A program made the position numbers and the translations under genes. A DNA stretch of 64,000 nt from Ignavibacteriota bacterium (GTDB lineage: Bacteria; Bacteroidota; Ignavibacteria; UBA10030; CAVZMI01). The first letter of the stretch is position 1. Each line of letters opens with the position of its first letter. The notes under the pieces were generated by a model, which was given only the letters and a program-made list of their open reading frames with translations, searched no databases and was not told the origin of the DNA. Shown in pieces: positions 22,861-32,893 of this stretch. The DNA is taken from contig CAVZMI010000020.1 of NCBI GenBank assembly GCA_963776275.1, positions 255,820-319,819 of the forward strand, written 5' to 3'.

Positions 22861-23472
22861 ATGCGTTCACTCATTATCATCCTTTTTCTTCTGATACCGC
22901 CCATTCTCCTTGCACAATCCGATTACGATGCGACTTCAATCCATCTCTGGGGCGGACTCGATATCATCAACGCTCATGCATCTGCATCGACCATTCATCC
23001 GCTGACAGGAACACAGGCAGGTGGAATGGCCGGTGGATTTGGCGGTGGGGTGGGTATTTTGTTTTCTCTTAACCGACGCTCGGCAATCGGACTTGAAACA
23101 GGGTACCTTCTCACCGAATCAATTGCCGAGGCATGGCCGACGATAGCGTATACTGAATTTGTCCTGCCGGTTCTTTTTACAGGTCAATACCGAATCACGG
23201 GAGCTCAGGGAACAAGTGGAATGTCGATTCAGGGTGGATTGGGGGTAGGTGTGCTTTACCGGACAGAAGCACGTTCTTCTCCGTATGTCTCATCAGCATC
23301 ATTGAAAAATGACGGTGCCGGCTTTTTAGGATATATCGGGCCGCAGGCCGACTTAGCCATCGTACGCTGGTTCAGTCTCGAAGCATTTGCCCGGTATTAT
23401 TTTACATCGCTCAATGTAGCGACTGGCAACTCGATGTTTTATTTCGGGGGAGGAATTGCATTTACATTTTGA
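22861..23472 (+). CDS. Small outer-membrane beta-barrel protein
   Basis: Signal peptide, ~8 amphipathic strands, terminal GIAFTF (C-terminal Phe). Confidence 0.7.
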   Translation: MRSLIIILFLLIPPILLAQSDYDATSIHLWGGLDIINAHASASTIHPLTGTQAGGMAGGFGGGVGILFSLNRRSAIGLETGYLLTESIAEAWPTIAYTEFVLPVLFTGQYRITGAQGTSGMSIQGGLGVGVLYRTEARSSPYVSSASLKNDGAGFLGYIGPQADLAIVRWFSLEAFARYYFTSLNVATGNSMFYFGGGIAFTF

Positions 23473-23594
23473 TATCGTCAATACTTCTGTCTGACGATCT
23501 CAAAATAATTAATCAGCGCGGCGTTGTCTTCGAGATAGTTACACTGGAGGCAACTTATTAAAACTACAGGAAAACTGAGCTTATTTAGTACCTG

Positions 23595-23933
23595 CTATTT
23601 CAGCGGTTTGATTTCGCCGGTTTCTTCCACCAGTACCGGATAACCTTCCAGCTTTGGAGGAATTTTTCGCTCGAGTTCCGGCGTCTTCTTTACCACCATC
23701 ACACCGATGAATGGTGCACCATCATCCGTCGCTCCGACATAGACTCCTACAACACCGGGAATTTCCATTAATTCCGGCGTGTGCGCCTCCTTGACTGTAT
23801 TGATATCTCGTGCAGACTTCATAGGTTCCTTTTCAATTTTCTTTTGTGGTATTGAATTGCAGCCGGTGCACACCATCAGAATAACAAGGATGTACACAAA
23901 GGGGTAATGTCGGATCTTTGACGAATGTTCCAT
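23595..23933 (-). CDS. Small lipoprotein homologous to the prodomain of the adjacent protease
   Basis: Lipobox CTGC; VVG...DDG...IPPKLEGYPVLVEETGEIKPL versus protease VVG...DDG...IPAKIENVPIVVEETGEFKAL. Confidence 0.8.
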   Translation of the reverse strand: MEHSSKIRHYPFVYILVILMVCTGCNSIPQKKIEKEPMKSARDINTVKEAHTPELMEIPGVVGVYVGATDDGAPFIGVMVVKKTPELERKIPPKLEGYPVLVEETGEIKPLK

Positions 23934-23952
23934 CGTCCAGCCCCGAAAAACG

Positions 23953-23983
23953 AACACCCGCATTGCTAAGGAATGCGGGTGTT
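23953..23983 (-). terminator. Hairpin/attenuating terminator between protease and prodomain-like gene
   Basis: Perfect 12-bp stem AACACCCGCATT / AATGCGGGTGTT followed by CGTTTTT on minus strand. Confidence 0.65.
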
Positions 23984-24017
23984 ATACTTTCGATATTCAC
24001 ACAATTCAACGAGTGGT

Positions 24018-25151
24018 TTATTTCCCAACCATTGTGGCACCAAGGTACGAAAGAACCTCGTTAATCGGATTTGCAACAGCGTATTTATTACTTCCCGCAA
24101 AGCAGAGACCCACTGCACGTGGATTGGTCGCTTTATCTTCCACCATCAGGGATCCTGAATCTCCTGCTTTGATAAATGAACCGCCTTTGATGAGAATCTG
24201 ACCTGTGAATGTTTTTGTGAAGGCAGTTCCGCCTGCACATTCATTATCATACGTAACGCTCACTGTAGCGTTCAGGCCATCGATCGTCGAACTTGTAAGA
24301 CCGCTGGTACGTCCGCTCTTTTTTACTTTCATTCTCAGGGCTGCCGCAACCGTACTTTTTGAGATTGTGCCGATTTCAAGAATCGACCCATCTGTACGCA
24401 CCATGCCCGGAACCACTTGAGCAATGGCACAATCGACATTCGAACTCGGCAGGCTTGCCGAGCCGGCAAGGGTTGCCACGCTCCGGGCACCGGAGGCTTT
24501 GCAGTTTACATCGATTAATCCCGGTTGAATAATCGGATCACCGTTCGTTGCGACTCTTTTGTTTCCTCCCGATACAATATCGGCGCGCAATACATGATAG
24601 TTGCTCAAAACATATTGTGTGGATCCGATCTGTACCAGCGAACCAAGCGTACCGCCGCAGCAATAACCATTTGCCATATCGTAGCTCCATCCGCCGGAAG
24701 TCCCTAGCTGAATCGGCGGGGTTTGTTTTGCCGTATGAGCTGCAAGGGCCTTAAATTCGCCGGTTTCTTCCACGACAATCGGTACATTCTCAATTTTAGC
24801 GGGAATGGCACTTGCTGCTATACCATGCCCCTTGAGCTTTGCATAGGACATATCCTTGACGAATACCTTGAAGACTACCGTTCCATCATCGTTCACACAT
24901 GTGGCGGTGCCGACGACAGCTTTGTTCGCCATAATATCCTGTGTGTACTTGTTTTGCACTTTAATCACAGCTTGTACTCGAGCATCATTGATGCTCACAA
25001 CAGGCAGTCCTTGCTGTGAATTATCCACTACGCCCTGCTCGATAGGGCTGTCATTGCTTTTCTGGCATCCGTTCCAGAAAATTACCGATAGCGCAATTGT
25101 TACAATCATCAGAAGAACAATGCCAACAGCAATCCTTTTTTTCTGTTGCAT
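24018..25151 (-). CDS. Nal1-like trypsin-fold serine protease lipoprotein
   Basis: AAGGAG RBS; lipobox WNGC; GTLGSLV, SNYHV (His), QPG, VDCAIA (Asp), KSGRTSGLT, GDSGS (Ser). Confidence 0.85.
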   Translation of the reverse strand: MQQKKRIAVGIVLLMIVTIALSVIFWNGCQKSNDSPIEQGVVDNSQQGLPVVSINDARVQAVIKVQNKYTQDIMANKAVVGTATCVNDDGTVVFKVFVKDMSYAKLKGHGIAASAIPAKIENVPIVVEETGEFKALAAHTAKQTPPIQLGTSGGWSYDMANGYCCGGTLGSLVQIGSTQYVLSNYHVLRADIVSGGNKRVATNGDPIIQPGLIDVNCKASGARSVATLAGSASLPSSNVDCAIAQVVPGMVRTDGSILEIGTISKSTVAAALRMKVKKSGRTSGLTSSTIDGLNATVSVTYDNECAGGTAFTKTFTGQILIKGGSFIKAGDSGSLMVEDKATNPRAVGLCFAGSNKYAVANPINEVLSYLGATMVGK

Positions 25152-25592
25152 AAAAATTCTCCTTTTTATAAAAGAGCTGAACAGTGATTTGTGAGAATGA
25201 CGTTTCAAGAGATGAAATTTAAAAATTTTACTAAAATTCATGTTAAATGTCAAGGTTTATTTTCGCCTTTTGTTCCTTTTCATTCCCTTTATATGAATAC
25301 CGTTTTTTCTTCCTCCAACCATGTTGTGAATCTGTACCGAGGTATGGTAACATCGGAAAATGCCGGCTGGACCCGTTAAAAACTTTTTTTAACAACTTGT
25401 GAGGAACGCCATTGACTCAAAAAATTTTCTACAAACAGATCGTCTCAAAGGGATTGATAGTAATTAAATGACCATCGATCATAAAACCGGTTTATAAAAA
25501 TATTTTGAAAAACAATAACGGAATAAGAATTCGCTTGCAGAAAAAAATCCCCCCAGACTGTAACTTTTATAAGTGAGTCTCCGTATCCCTCC

Positions 25593-25706
25593 ATAACTGA
25601 CCGGAAGTCATTAATTAAAATTAAGCCAATTTTATTAATTTCAGTATTGACTAATGATTTTTAATGCATTATATTCGAGTACAACCAATGACCACCAGTC
25701 AGTTAT
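25593..25706 (+). promoter_or_regulatory. Sigma70 promoter bracketed by two TGAC-N5-GTCA TetR operators
   Basis: TTGACT(25647)-17 bp-TATATT(25670); ATAACTGACCGGAAGTCATT (25593-25612) and its near reverse complement AATGACCACCAGTCAGTTAT (25687-25706). Confidence 0.75.
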
Positions 25707-25721
25707 CATAATGAGGTAATA

Positions 25722-26397
25722 ATGGGAATCCAGGAACGGAAGGAACGCGAGAAAGAACAACGGCGGGAAGAGATTATAAGTGCTGCTCAGAAGGTCTTTT
25801 TCGAAAAAGGACTCCAGGCCGCTACGATGGACGATATCGCCGATACGGCGGAAGTGAGTAAAGGGACGATTTACCTCTACTATAAAAGTAAGGAAGACCT
25901 CTATCTCGCCGTCGTCCTGCGTGGGATGGATATTCTACTCGATATGTTTCTAAAAATAACCGAGTCGGATCAACCTGCAATTAGAAAAATCGGACTCTTC
26001 GGTGATGCATATCTCGAGTTTTTCAAAGCTAATAGAAAATATTTTTTAATGATGGATTTTTATGAGACGCCGCAGTTTCATAAGCAGGTTTCGGAAGAAA
26101 TGAAGCAGGTATGCTCGGTTTCAAGTCAGAAAATATGGACTGCATTCTTCGATACCATACAACAGGCAATCGATGATGGAATGATGCGTCCGAACCTGAA
26201 TGCCCGTCAGGTTGCAATTATGTTCTGGTCAAATTCTAACGGGCTCATGCGCCAGATCGGACCGCGATCCGATTTACTGGCATGATGCAATGGGGATTGA
26301 TCTTGAAGTGACATTGAAGCTCTCGAATTCATTTCTCCTCGAAGCAATGATGACGGAGAAAGCCAAGGAAATCTATAAAGACATGTTAATGGAATAA
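25722..26397 (+). CDS. TetR/AcrR family regulator (apparent frameshift at 26258)
   Basis: TMDDIADTAEVSKGTIYLYYKSKEDL HTH; removing one C (ATGGACC) joins the C-terminal ORF. Confidence 0.9.
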
Positions 26398-26402
26398 TTT
26401 TC

Positions 26403-27836
26403 ATGAAAAAAAAATTTCTGCTTCTTCTTTTCGTCTTCACGCTGACGTCACAATCGCAGGAACTACTGACAATCGAGAAAGCAATCGATATTGCCATGGA
26501 GCAGAATCACATGCTTCGGAGTGCACAATACGACCTCTCAGCTGCACGCTGGGGAAAATGGAACTCGGTGACGAATTTTCTCCCGAAGGTCGAGCTCTCT
26601 TCATCTGCGACTCGAATCGATCAGGATACGTATATCCGGGCAAATGCAGCAATCGATTTTATTAAACTCGGTGCGAGTACTCTGGGATTGCCTCCTTCGG
26701 CACTTGAAAATATCAAGCCCTTTGCATATCTCAACTCGTACGAAACCAATCTTACGGTTGTGCAGCCTGTATTCAACGGAGGACTGGAAATCGTCGGGTT
26801 GAGTGCAGCCGGTGCGATGAGAGACCGTAGCGAGTATTCATATCTGGATACCGAACAGGATATCATCGCGAAAATAAAAATAACATACTTAAATGTATTG
26901 AAAACCGAAGAATTTGTCGCTCTGGCAACCGAATCGCTCGAACTGAACCAAGCGCTATCTTGAGACGACAAAGCGCCGTGCCGAGCTCGGTACCCGCACA
27001 GAGACAGATGTTCTCCGCTGGGAGTTGCCCAGTACTCGGCCGATGAGGCAAACCTAATCACGACAAAAAATTATCTTGCTCTGGCAAAACTCCAGTTGAA
27101 CGATCTCATGGGGGTCGATCTCCAGAAAGAATTCACGCTTGAAAAGATTGTGCAGGCAGATTCCGTGACCGCGGTGCCAGTCGATACCGCTTTCGCCGGA
27201 AATTCTGCGCCTATGGGCGGTTCAGGGGAGCCCGCTATGCGAGGCGGGCTTGCCTCGCAAGGCGGGACCGCCCATATAACTTTCGACCGGCTCTCAGGTC
27301 ACCCATCGATGCTGGCGATGGAAGCAAATCTCCGTCTCGCGAGCATCAATATCAGTAAGGCCTGGACAAATTTTCTTCCGAGAATCAATTTTGTCTATCA
27401 ATATGGATGGGAACGCAACGGATCCGTCGCCCTTGATGGAATCCGGCCCTGGGCGCTGACCCTCTCTGTCAAATATCCGATTTTCAGCAGTTTTGGCGAC
27501 TTTACCGGCCTGGAACGTTCCTACGCTGAATACTACAGGACTGAAGAACAAATCGAGAGTTTTAAGACAGGCCTGGTAATGCAGGCGACAAATGCGCAGT
27601 TAAATGTTAATGCAGCAAAAATGAAAATCGAGACAACACACAAGGGCCTGCGTCAGGCTCTCGACGTACTCAATTCCGTTACCCGGCGGTACGAGACAGG
27701 CGGAGCCTCAAATATCGATGTCATTGACGTCCAGACCGCCTATACATCGGCGAAGACAAATTACATAACAGCTCTATACGATTATTATATTTCTGAAATT
27801 CAGTTTGAGCGTGCAACGGGTGTTATTAAAAAATAG
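26403..27836 (+). CDS. TolC-family outer membrane efflux protein (two compensating apparent frameshifts, ~26944 and ~27024)
   Basis: Two OEP repeats (FLPKV…QPVFNGG; FLPRI…YPIFS, RYETGG…DVIDVQ); reads through if both sites are restored to GGACC/GGTCC. Confidence 0.88.
27212..27276. repeat. Nested REP-like palindrome inside the TolC coding sequence
   Basis: TATGGGCGGT/ACCGCCCATA outer arms, CCCGC/GCGGG, TGCGAGGC/GCCTCGCA inner arms. Confidence 0.7.
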
Positions 27837-27858
27837 CTTTATCATTCTCGAGGGATTC

Positions 27859-28965
27859 ATGAAAAAATATTTACTTTCAAAAAGAACAATAAGCGGTATT
27901 ATTGTAATTACAGTCATCATTATCATTGCCGCGATCAGTTCTCGGAACAGTACGGCAACAAGTAATCAGACGTCAACTGCGGCGCCTGTGGCTGTTGAAG
28001 TCGCACCGGTGGTTGTATCTCCGCTTTCCGAAACCATTACTGCTGTCGGCAACATTTCTGCCATGACCGATGCCGTCGTCAGTTCGGAGACAGCCGGACG
28101 CGTAACACGCGTTGCCGTAAAAGTGGGCGACCGCGTTAAAACCGGACAGATGCTTTTTCAGATCGACGACGAACTGCGCGCAATTGCCGTGGAACAAGCC
28201 AAAGCTCAATTGCTTGCCGCTGAAACTAATTTCGCAAAATCTCAGAAGGATTATGCACGTGCTCAGAAGCTCTATGAATCAAAGGATATCTCCGACGCCG
28301 AGCTTGAAGGAAACAAACTGGGAATGCAGGCAGCTGAAGCACAGTACAAATCAGCACTCGTCGGTTTGAAACTTGCCCAGAGGCAATACGACGATACAAA
28401 GATAAAATCGCCAATCAACGGCATCGTGGCCTCACGGCGTGTCGATCTTGGTGAAATGGTTTCACCGGGACGTGATGTGGCTAATGTCGTGGATATCAGC
28501 AAGGTGAAAGTGAAGCTTTCGATCCCGGAAGAGCAAATCGGCCTGCTCCGGGTAAAACAGCCGGCTACGCTTCGCATCGATTCGGATCCTTCCACCGAAT
28601 TCAAAGGTATAGTCTATACAATCGGTGCAAAAACCGAAACTCCGAACGGACATTCTTATCCGGTCGAAGTCATTGTTGAGAACAAAAACGTCAGTGTGTT
28701 GAAAGCCGGGATGTTTGCGCGTGTGTCGATTCAGGTTCGTACCGCACAAAACGCCCTGGTAATTTCGAAAGAATCATTAATGAACGAAGATACAGGTCCG
28801 CAGGTGTATGTTGTCGAGAATAATATAGCAAAGCTTCGGTCTGTTAAACTCGGCATCCGTTCGGCCGACAAAGTTCAGGTGATCGATGGATTGAAAAAAG
28901 GCGACCTGGTCATTTCATTCGGCCAGAAAAAACTCAAAGACGGATCACCTGTCCAGTACAAATAA
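27859..28965 (+). CDS. RND efflux periplasmic adaptor (MFP)
   Basis: VSSETAGRV..V.VKVGDRVKTGQ lipoyl half-motif, IKSPINGIV, LKAGMFARV. Confidence 0.92.
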   Translation: MKKYLLSKRTISGIIVITVIIIIAAISSRNSTATSNQTSTAAPVAVEVAPVVVSPLSETITAVGNISAMTDAVVSSETAGRVTRVAVKVGDRVKTGQMLFQIDDELRAIAVEQAKAQLLAAETNFAKSQKDYARAQKLYESKDISDAELEGNKLGMQAAEAQYKSALVGLKLAQRQYDDTKIKSPINGIVASRRVDLGEMVSPGRDVANVVDISKVKVKLSIPEEQIGLLRVKQPATLRIDSDPSTEFKGIVYTIGAKTETPNGHSYPVEVIVENKNVSVLKAGMFARVSIQVRTAQNALVISKESLMNEDTGPQVYVVENNIAKLRSVKLGIRSADKVQVIDGLKKGDLVISFGQKKLKDGSPVQYK

Positions 28966-28977
28966 GAGGGATTTTCA

Positions 28978-31900
28978 ATGAAACTTACTGAACTGGCTCT
29001 CAAACGCCCGGCATTCATGACGATGATCTTCGTGGCATTTGCGGTCCTCGGCATCTTCGGTTATACACGCATGGGCGTTGACCTTCTGCCTGCAATGGAT
29101 TGGCCGATGGTATCGGTCGTGACCGTATATCCCGGTGCGGGCCCGAAAGAAATCGAATCGCTTGTCAGCAAACCTATAGAGGAAGCGGTGAGTGCCGTGG
29201 AACAGCTCGACAATGTCCGATCGTATTCATATGAGGGTGTTTCGGTCGTCCTTGCACAATTTAAATTTTCGGTTACAGTCGATGAAGTAACGAACGAAGT
29301 CCAGCGGCGCGTCGGACAGGTGCAAAATAAATTACCAAGAGAGGCATACACTCCACGCGTCTCAAAAGCCGATTTGAATTCATTTCCAATTCTTCGTGTA
29401 TCAACAACCGGAAATATGGAGCCGAGAGAGCTTTACCAATTCACAAAGGACAGAATAAAACCCTCTCTCGAACAGGTAGAAGGTGTTTCTGCTGTCACGA
29501 TCGTCGGTGGCCAGGAACGTGAAATTCGTGTCGAAGTCGACAACCAGAAGCTTCGTGCGTACGGATTATCAATATTACAGGTATCCCAGGCCCTCGCCCG
29601 CGAGAATCTGGATTTCCCGACCGGTAAGGTCGATGAACGTCTGAATCAATATATTGTCCGCCTTGCCGGAAAATTCAAATCAGTCGAAGAATTGAAAAAT
29701 ATGGTGGTGTCGGCAACACCCGCCGGGACGATCTATCTAAAAGACATTGCCGACGTGAAGGATACTCATAAAGAAGATTTCACATTCAGCCGCTTGAACG
29801 GCGAAAGCTCCATTGCGCTGACGATCCAGAAACAATCGGATGCAAACTCGGTGAAAACGAGCGACCGGCTAAGAGAGCGGATGCAGCGGCTTGAGAAAGA
29901 GAATGGCGGCCGGATTCATTTTACAATTGCGCAGGATATCACCGACTTTACACGGGCTTCTCTCTCCAACGTCCAGCGCGATCTTTTTCTTGCCATTATT
30001 ATGGTGGCCGTTATTCTATTTTTATTCCTGAACAGCGTTCGGAATTCGTTAATCGTTCTTCTCGCTATTCCGACATCTCTAATCTCGACTTTCTTTTTCA
30101 TGTACCTGTTCAATTATACCTTGAACATGGTATCGACGATGGCGCTCGCGCTGGTGATCGGAATTCTGGTAGACGACTCGATAGTGGTTCTCGAGAATAT
30201 CCACCGCCATATCGAGCACGGTGAAGATCAACGGAGTGCAGCCATAAACGGGCGAAGTGAAATCGGATTTGCCGCTATTGCCATTACTCTCGTCGATGTC
30301 GTTGTTTTTCTCCCCATATCACTCGTCGGCGGCATGATAGGAAGAATCCTGGGTCAGTTTGGAATCACCATCGTGATTTCCACATTGTTCTCATTACTTG
30401 TCTCTTTCACACTGACACCGCTTCTCGCTTCACGTTGGATGAAGATCGTTGAACATGTTAAGGGTTCCTGGATGGAACGGATCACTACTATCCTCGAAGG
30501 ATATCAGGTGCGGCTCGGAGAACGTTATCGAACGCTCCTCGCATGGTCGCTCGATCACCGACGGACTATTCTTGTAGTGAGCGGCGGACTTCTTATTATC
30601 AGTTTATCATTCGTTCCCCTCGGCTTCATCGGCTCGGAATTCATGACCGCAACCGACCGTGGTGAATTTGCCGTAAATTTTGATATGCCTCTTGGAACGA
30701 CTATTGAAAAAACCGATGAAGCAATCAGCCGAGTTGAAAAGTACATTGCATCAATGCCGGAGGTTGATAGATATCTTTCAACAATCGGGAAACAGCAGAC
30801 TCAATGGAAAAATGCCGAACAATCGAATGTCGGGCAGACTCAGATCAAACTGATTAACAAATCAAAGCGGAAGAAGACGACTGACGGCGTCATGAAAGAT
30901 ATTCAACGCTTTGCAGCAACTGTTCCCGGACTCAAAACAAATTTCAGCACCATGAGTATGTGGGGATCGGCAAATGCGTATCCGTTTCAAGTCGAAATTA
31001 TCGGCAGCGATTTACAGCAGGTGATCGCTTTTTCTGAAAAGGTCTCCGATATTATTGCCAATACAAAGGGAACCATGGATGTTACTTCATCCTGGGAGGA
31101 AGGAAAACCCGAGCTGAAGATTGAAGTCGACCGCGAGAAAGCCGCAAAGATGGGGCTGACTCTCGGCGAAATCGGCCTCGCCGTTCGAACGGCGATCGAA
31201 GGCGACATTGCCACGAAATATCAGGAAGGCGATACGGAATATGATACGCGCGTCGTTCTAAACAAGGCGAGCCGTATCAGTGCTGATGATGTCGGGAAGA
31301 TTATATTACTCAACCATTACGGGCAGACAGTCCAGCTCGACCAGGTTGCAAAGATTTATCACGGCAAAGGCCCTATGGAAATCCAACGGAAAAATCGTGA
31401 GCGGCTAGTTACGATCGCTTCAAACATATCGAAGGAGATATCGCTCGGTCAGGTAAACGCAGAGGTTGAAAAAACAATCAACAAAGCAGGGATTCCTGCC
31501 GGAATTACGGTATTCTACGGCGGCGATACCGAGAATATGCGGGATATGTTCAGCGATATGTCGATTGCACTCACGCTGGCAATACTATTTGTGTATATGA
31601 TCATGGTGAGTTTATTCGAGTCGTACGTCCATCCGTTCACGATCATGTTTTCGTTACCGGTGGCGCTGGTAGGAGCGCTAACCGGTCTTGCGATCACAGG
31701 CATTACATTGAGTATGCTCACGATGATCGGGATAATCATGCTGATGGGATTGGTGACGAAAAATGCCATTCTGCTTGTGGACTTCACGAACACGCTGCGG
31801 TCACGCGGATATGCGATGCGCGAGGCGCTTCTTGAAGCGGGTAAGACACGTTTGCGGCCGATTCTCATGACGACCGCGACGATGGTGTTCGGTATGATGC

Positions 31901-32136
31901 CGCTCGCATTCGCACTCGGTGCCGCTTCTGAAATGCGCCAGGGAATGGCGATCGTTGTGATCTGCGGTCTGACAAGCTCGACTGTACTGACACTTGTTCT
32001 GGTCCCGGTCATCTACACGTACATGGAAGGATTGCGCGATAAGGTCCCTGCACTCTTCAAAAGAGTTGCATGGGCTTCTCATTTGCCCTGGAAGGAACGG
32101 CCGGCGTCGGTGGCTGGCGAAGTACCTGTGAAATAG
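28978..32136 (+). CDS. RND efflux permease (AcrB/AcrD/AcrF family)
   Basis: 1052 aa; GILVDDSIVVLENI, GLVTKNAILLVDF, RLRPILMTT. Confidence 0.95.
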   Translation: MKLTELALKRPAFMTMIFVAFAVLGIFGYTRMGVDLLPAMDWPMVSVVTVYPGAGPKEIESLVSKPIEEAVSAVEQLDNVRSYSYEGVSVVLAQFKFSVTVDEVTNEVQRRVGQVQNKLPREAYTPRVSKADLNSFPILRVSTTGNMEPRELYQFTKDRIKPSLEQVEGVSAVTIVGGQEREIRVEVDNQKLRAYGLSILQVSQALARENLDFPTGKVDERLNQYIVRLAGKFKSVEELKNMVVSATPAGTIYLKDIADVKDTHKEDFTFSRLNGESSIALTIQKQSDANSVKTSDRLRERMQRLEKENGGRIHFTIAQDITDFTRASLSNVQRDLFLAIIMVAVILFLFLNSVRNSLIVLLAIPTSLISTFFFMYLFNYTLNMVSTMALALVIGILVDDSIVVLENIHRHIEHGEDQRSAAINGRSEIGFAAIAITLVDVVVFLPISLVGGMIGRILGQFGITIVISTLFSLLVSFTLTPLLASRWMKIVEHVKGSWMERITTILEGYQVRLGERYRTLLAWSLDHRRTILVVSGGLLIISLSFVPLGFIGSEFMTATDRGEFAVNFDMPLGTTIEKTDEAISRVEKYIASMPEVDRYLSTIGKQQTQWKNAEQSNVGQTQIKLINKSKRKKTTDGVMKDIQRFAATVPGLKTNFSTMSMWGSANAYPFQVEIIGSDLQQVIAFSEKVSDIIANTKGTMDVTSSWEEGKPELKIEVDREKAAKMGLTLGEIGLAVRTAIEGDIATKYQEGDTEYDTRVVLNKASRISADDVGKIILLNHYGQTVQLDQVAKIYHGKGPMEIQRKNRERLVTIASNISKEISLGQVNAEVEKTINKAGIPAGITVFYGGDTENMRDMFSDMSIALTLAILFVYMIMVSLFESYVHPFTIMFSLPVALVGALTGLAITGITLSMLTMIGIIMLMGLVTKNAILLVDFTNTLRSRGYAMREALLEAGKTRLRPILMTTATMVFGMMPLAFALGAASEMRQGMAIVVICGLTSSTVLTLVLVPVIYTYMEGLRDKVPALFKRVAWASHLPWKERPASVAGEVPVK

Positions 32137-32140
32137 ACGA

Positions 32141-32178
32141 ACCTCTCTGTGTCTCCCCCTTGGAAAAGGGGGAGAGGT
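32141..32178. repeat. REP-like palindrome
   Basis: TCTCCCCCTT-GGAA-AAGGGGGAGA with ACCTCT/AGAGGT flanks. Confidence 0.55.
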
Positions 32179-32196
32179 CTAATGTATTCTCCTGTA

Positions 32197-32238
32197 AAAA
32201 AAATCCCGCATTCTCATCGAGAGTGCGGGATTAATTTT
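32197..32238. terminator. Bidirectional intrinsic terminator
   Basis: A-tract, AATCCCGCATTCTC / GAGAGTGCGGGATT stem, T-rich tail, between convergent operons. Confidence 0.75.
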
Positions 32239-32292
32239 ACTAAAGCAATAAGACCTGCCGCGCAGTTTGCGGTATGATATGGTTTTTAATTT

Positions 32293-32820
32293 TTATTCTT
32301 TTTCGAAATCCAAAGATTCCGGCCTCTCAAAAAATTCTTTAAATGCCCCGACTTCCTCTACCCATTCATTTATTACCTCAGCGGCTTTATTGACAAAATT
32401 GGGGAGGAGCCGCTGAATAACAGCACTTAATCCTTCACGCAGTTCTTGAGAACCTCCGATTTCCATTGCCAGAACTCTGATTACCCTTGGGAATGTAACG
32501 TTAAGTTTTTCAGCGATGGTCAAAGCTTCGGGGATTCCAATAAAATGTGGAGACCCTGAATGTATTTTATGAAACTCTTCTTTTGAAAATTCTATTACCG
32601 ATCCTACCGGATATCGCCCCGAAACAGCGGAATCGAGGATAAGGACATGCGTATATCCTTCAAGAAAATCAATCAACGCAAATCCCGCTACCGGGGCTGC
32701 GATAATGCTGATATCTTCACCGAACCTTTCAAGCAGGGGACGTCCTGCAGCAATTCCTACTGCATCGTCACCCATGATCTCATTCCCAAGAGCAAGCACT
32801 AAAATTGAATATCTATCCAT
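32293..32820 (-). CDS. Hydrogenase maturation endopeptidase
   Basis: LGNEIMGDDAVG, ILDSA, SPH motifs; follows large subunit. Confidence 0.9.
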   Translation of the reverse strand: MDRYSILVLALGNEIMGDDAVGIAAGRPLLERFGEDISIIAAPVAGFALIDFLEGYTHVLILDSAVSGRYPVGSVIEFSKEEFHKIHSGSPHFIGIPEALTIAEKLNVTFPRVIRVLAMEIGGSQELREGLSAVIQRLLPNFVNKAAEVINEWVEEVGAFKEFFERPESLDFEKE

Positions 32821-32893
32821 TTTCCTCCCCTCAAACAAAAAAAATCGGTTCGTATATTTTATTTACTCTCAAAACTCTTTCCATTATTAATCA

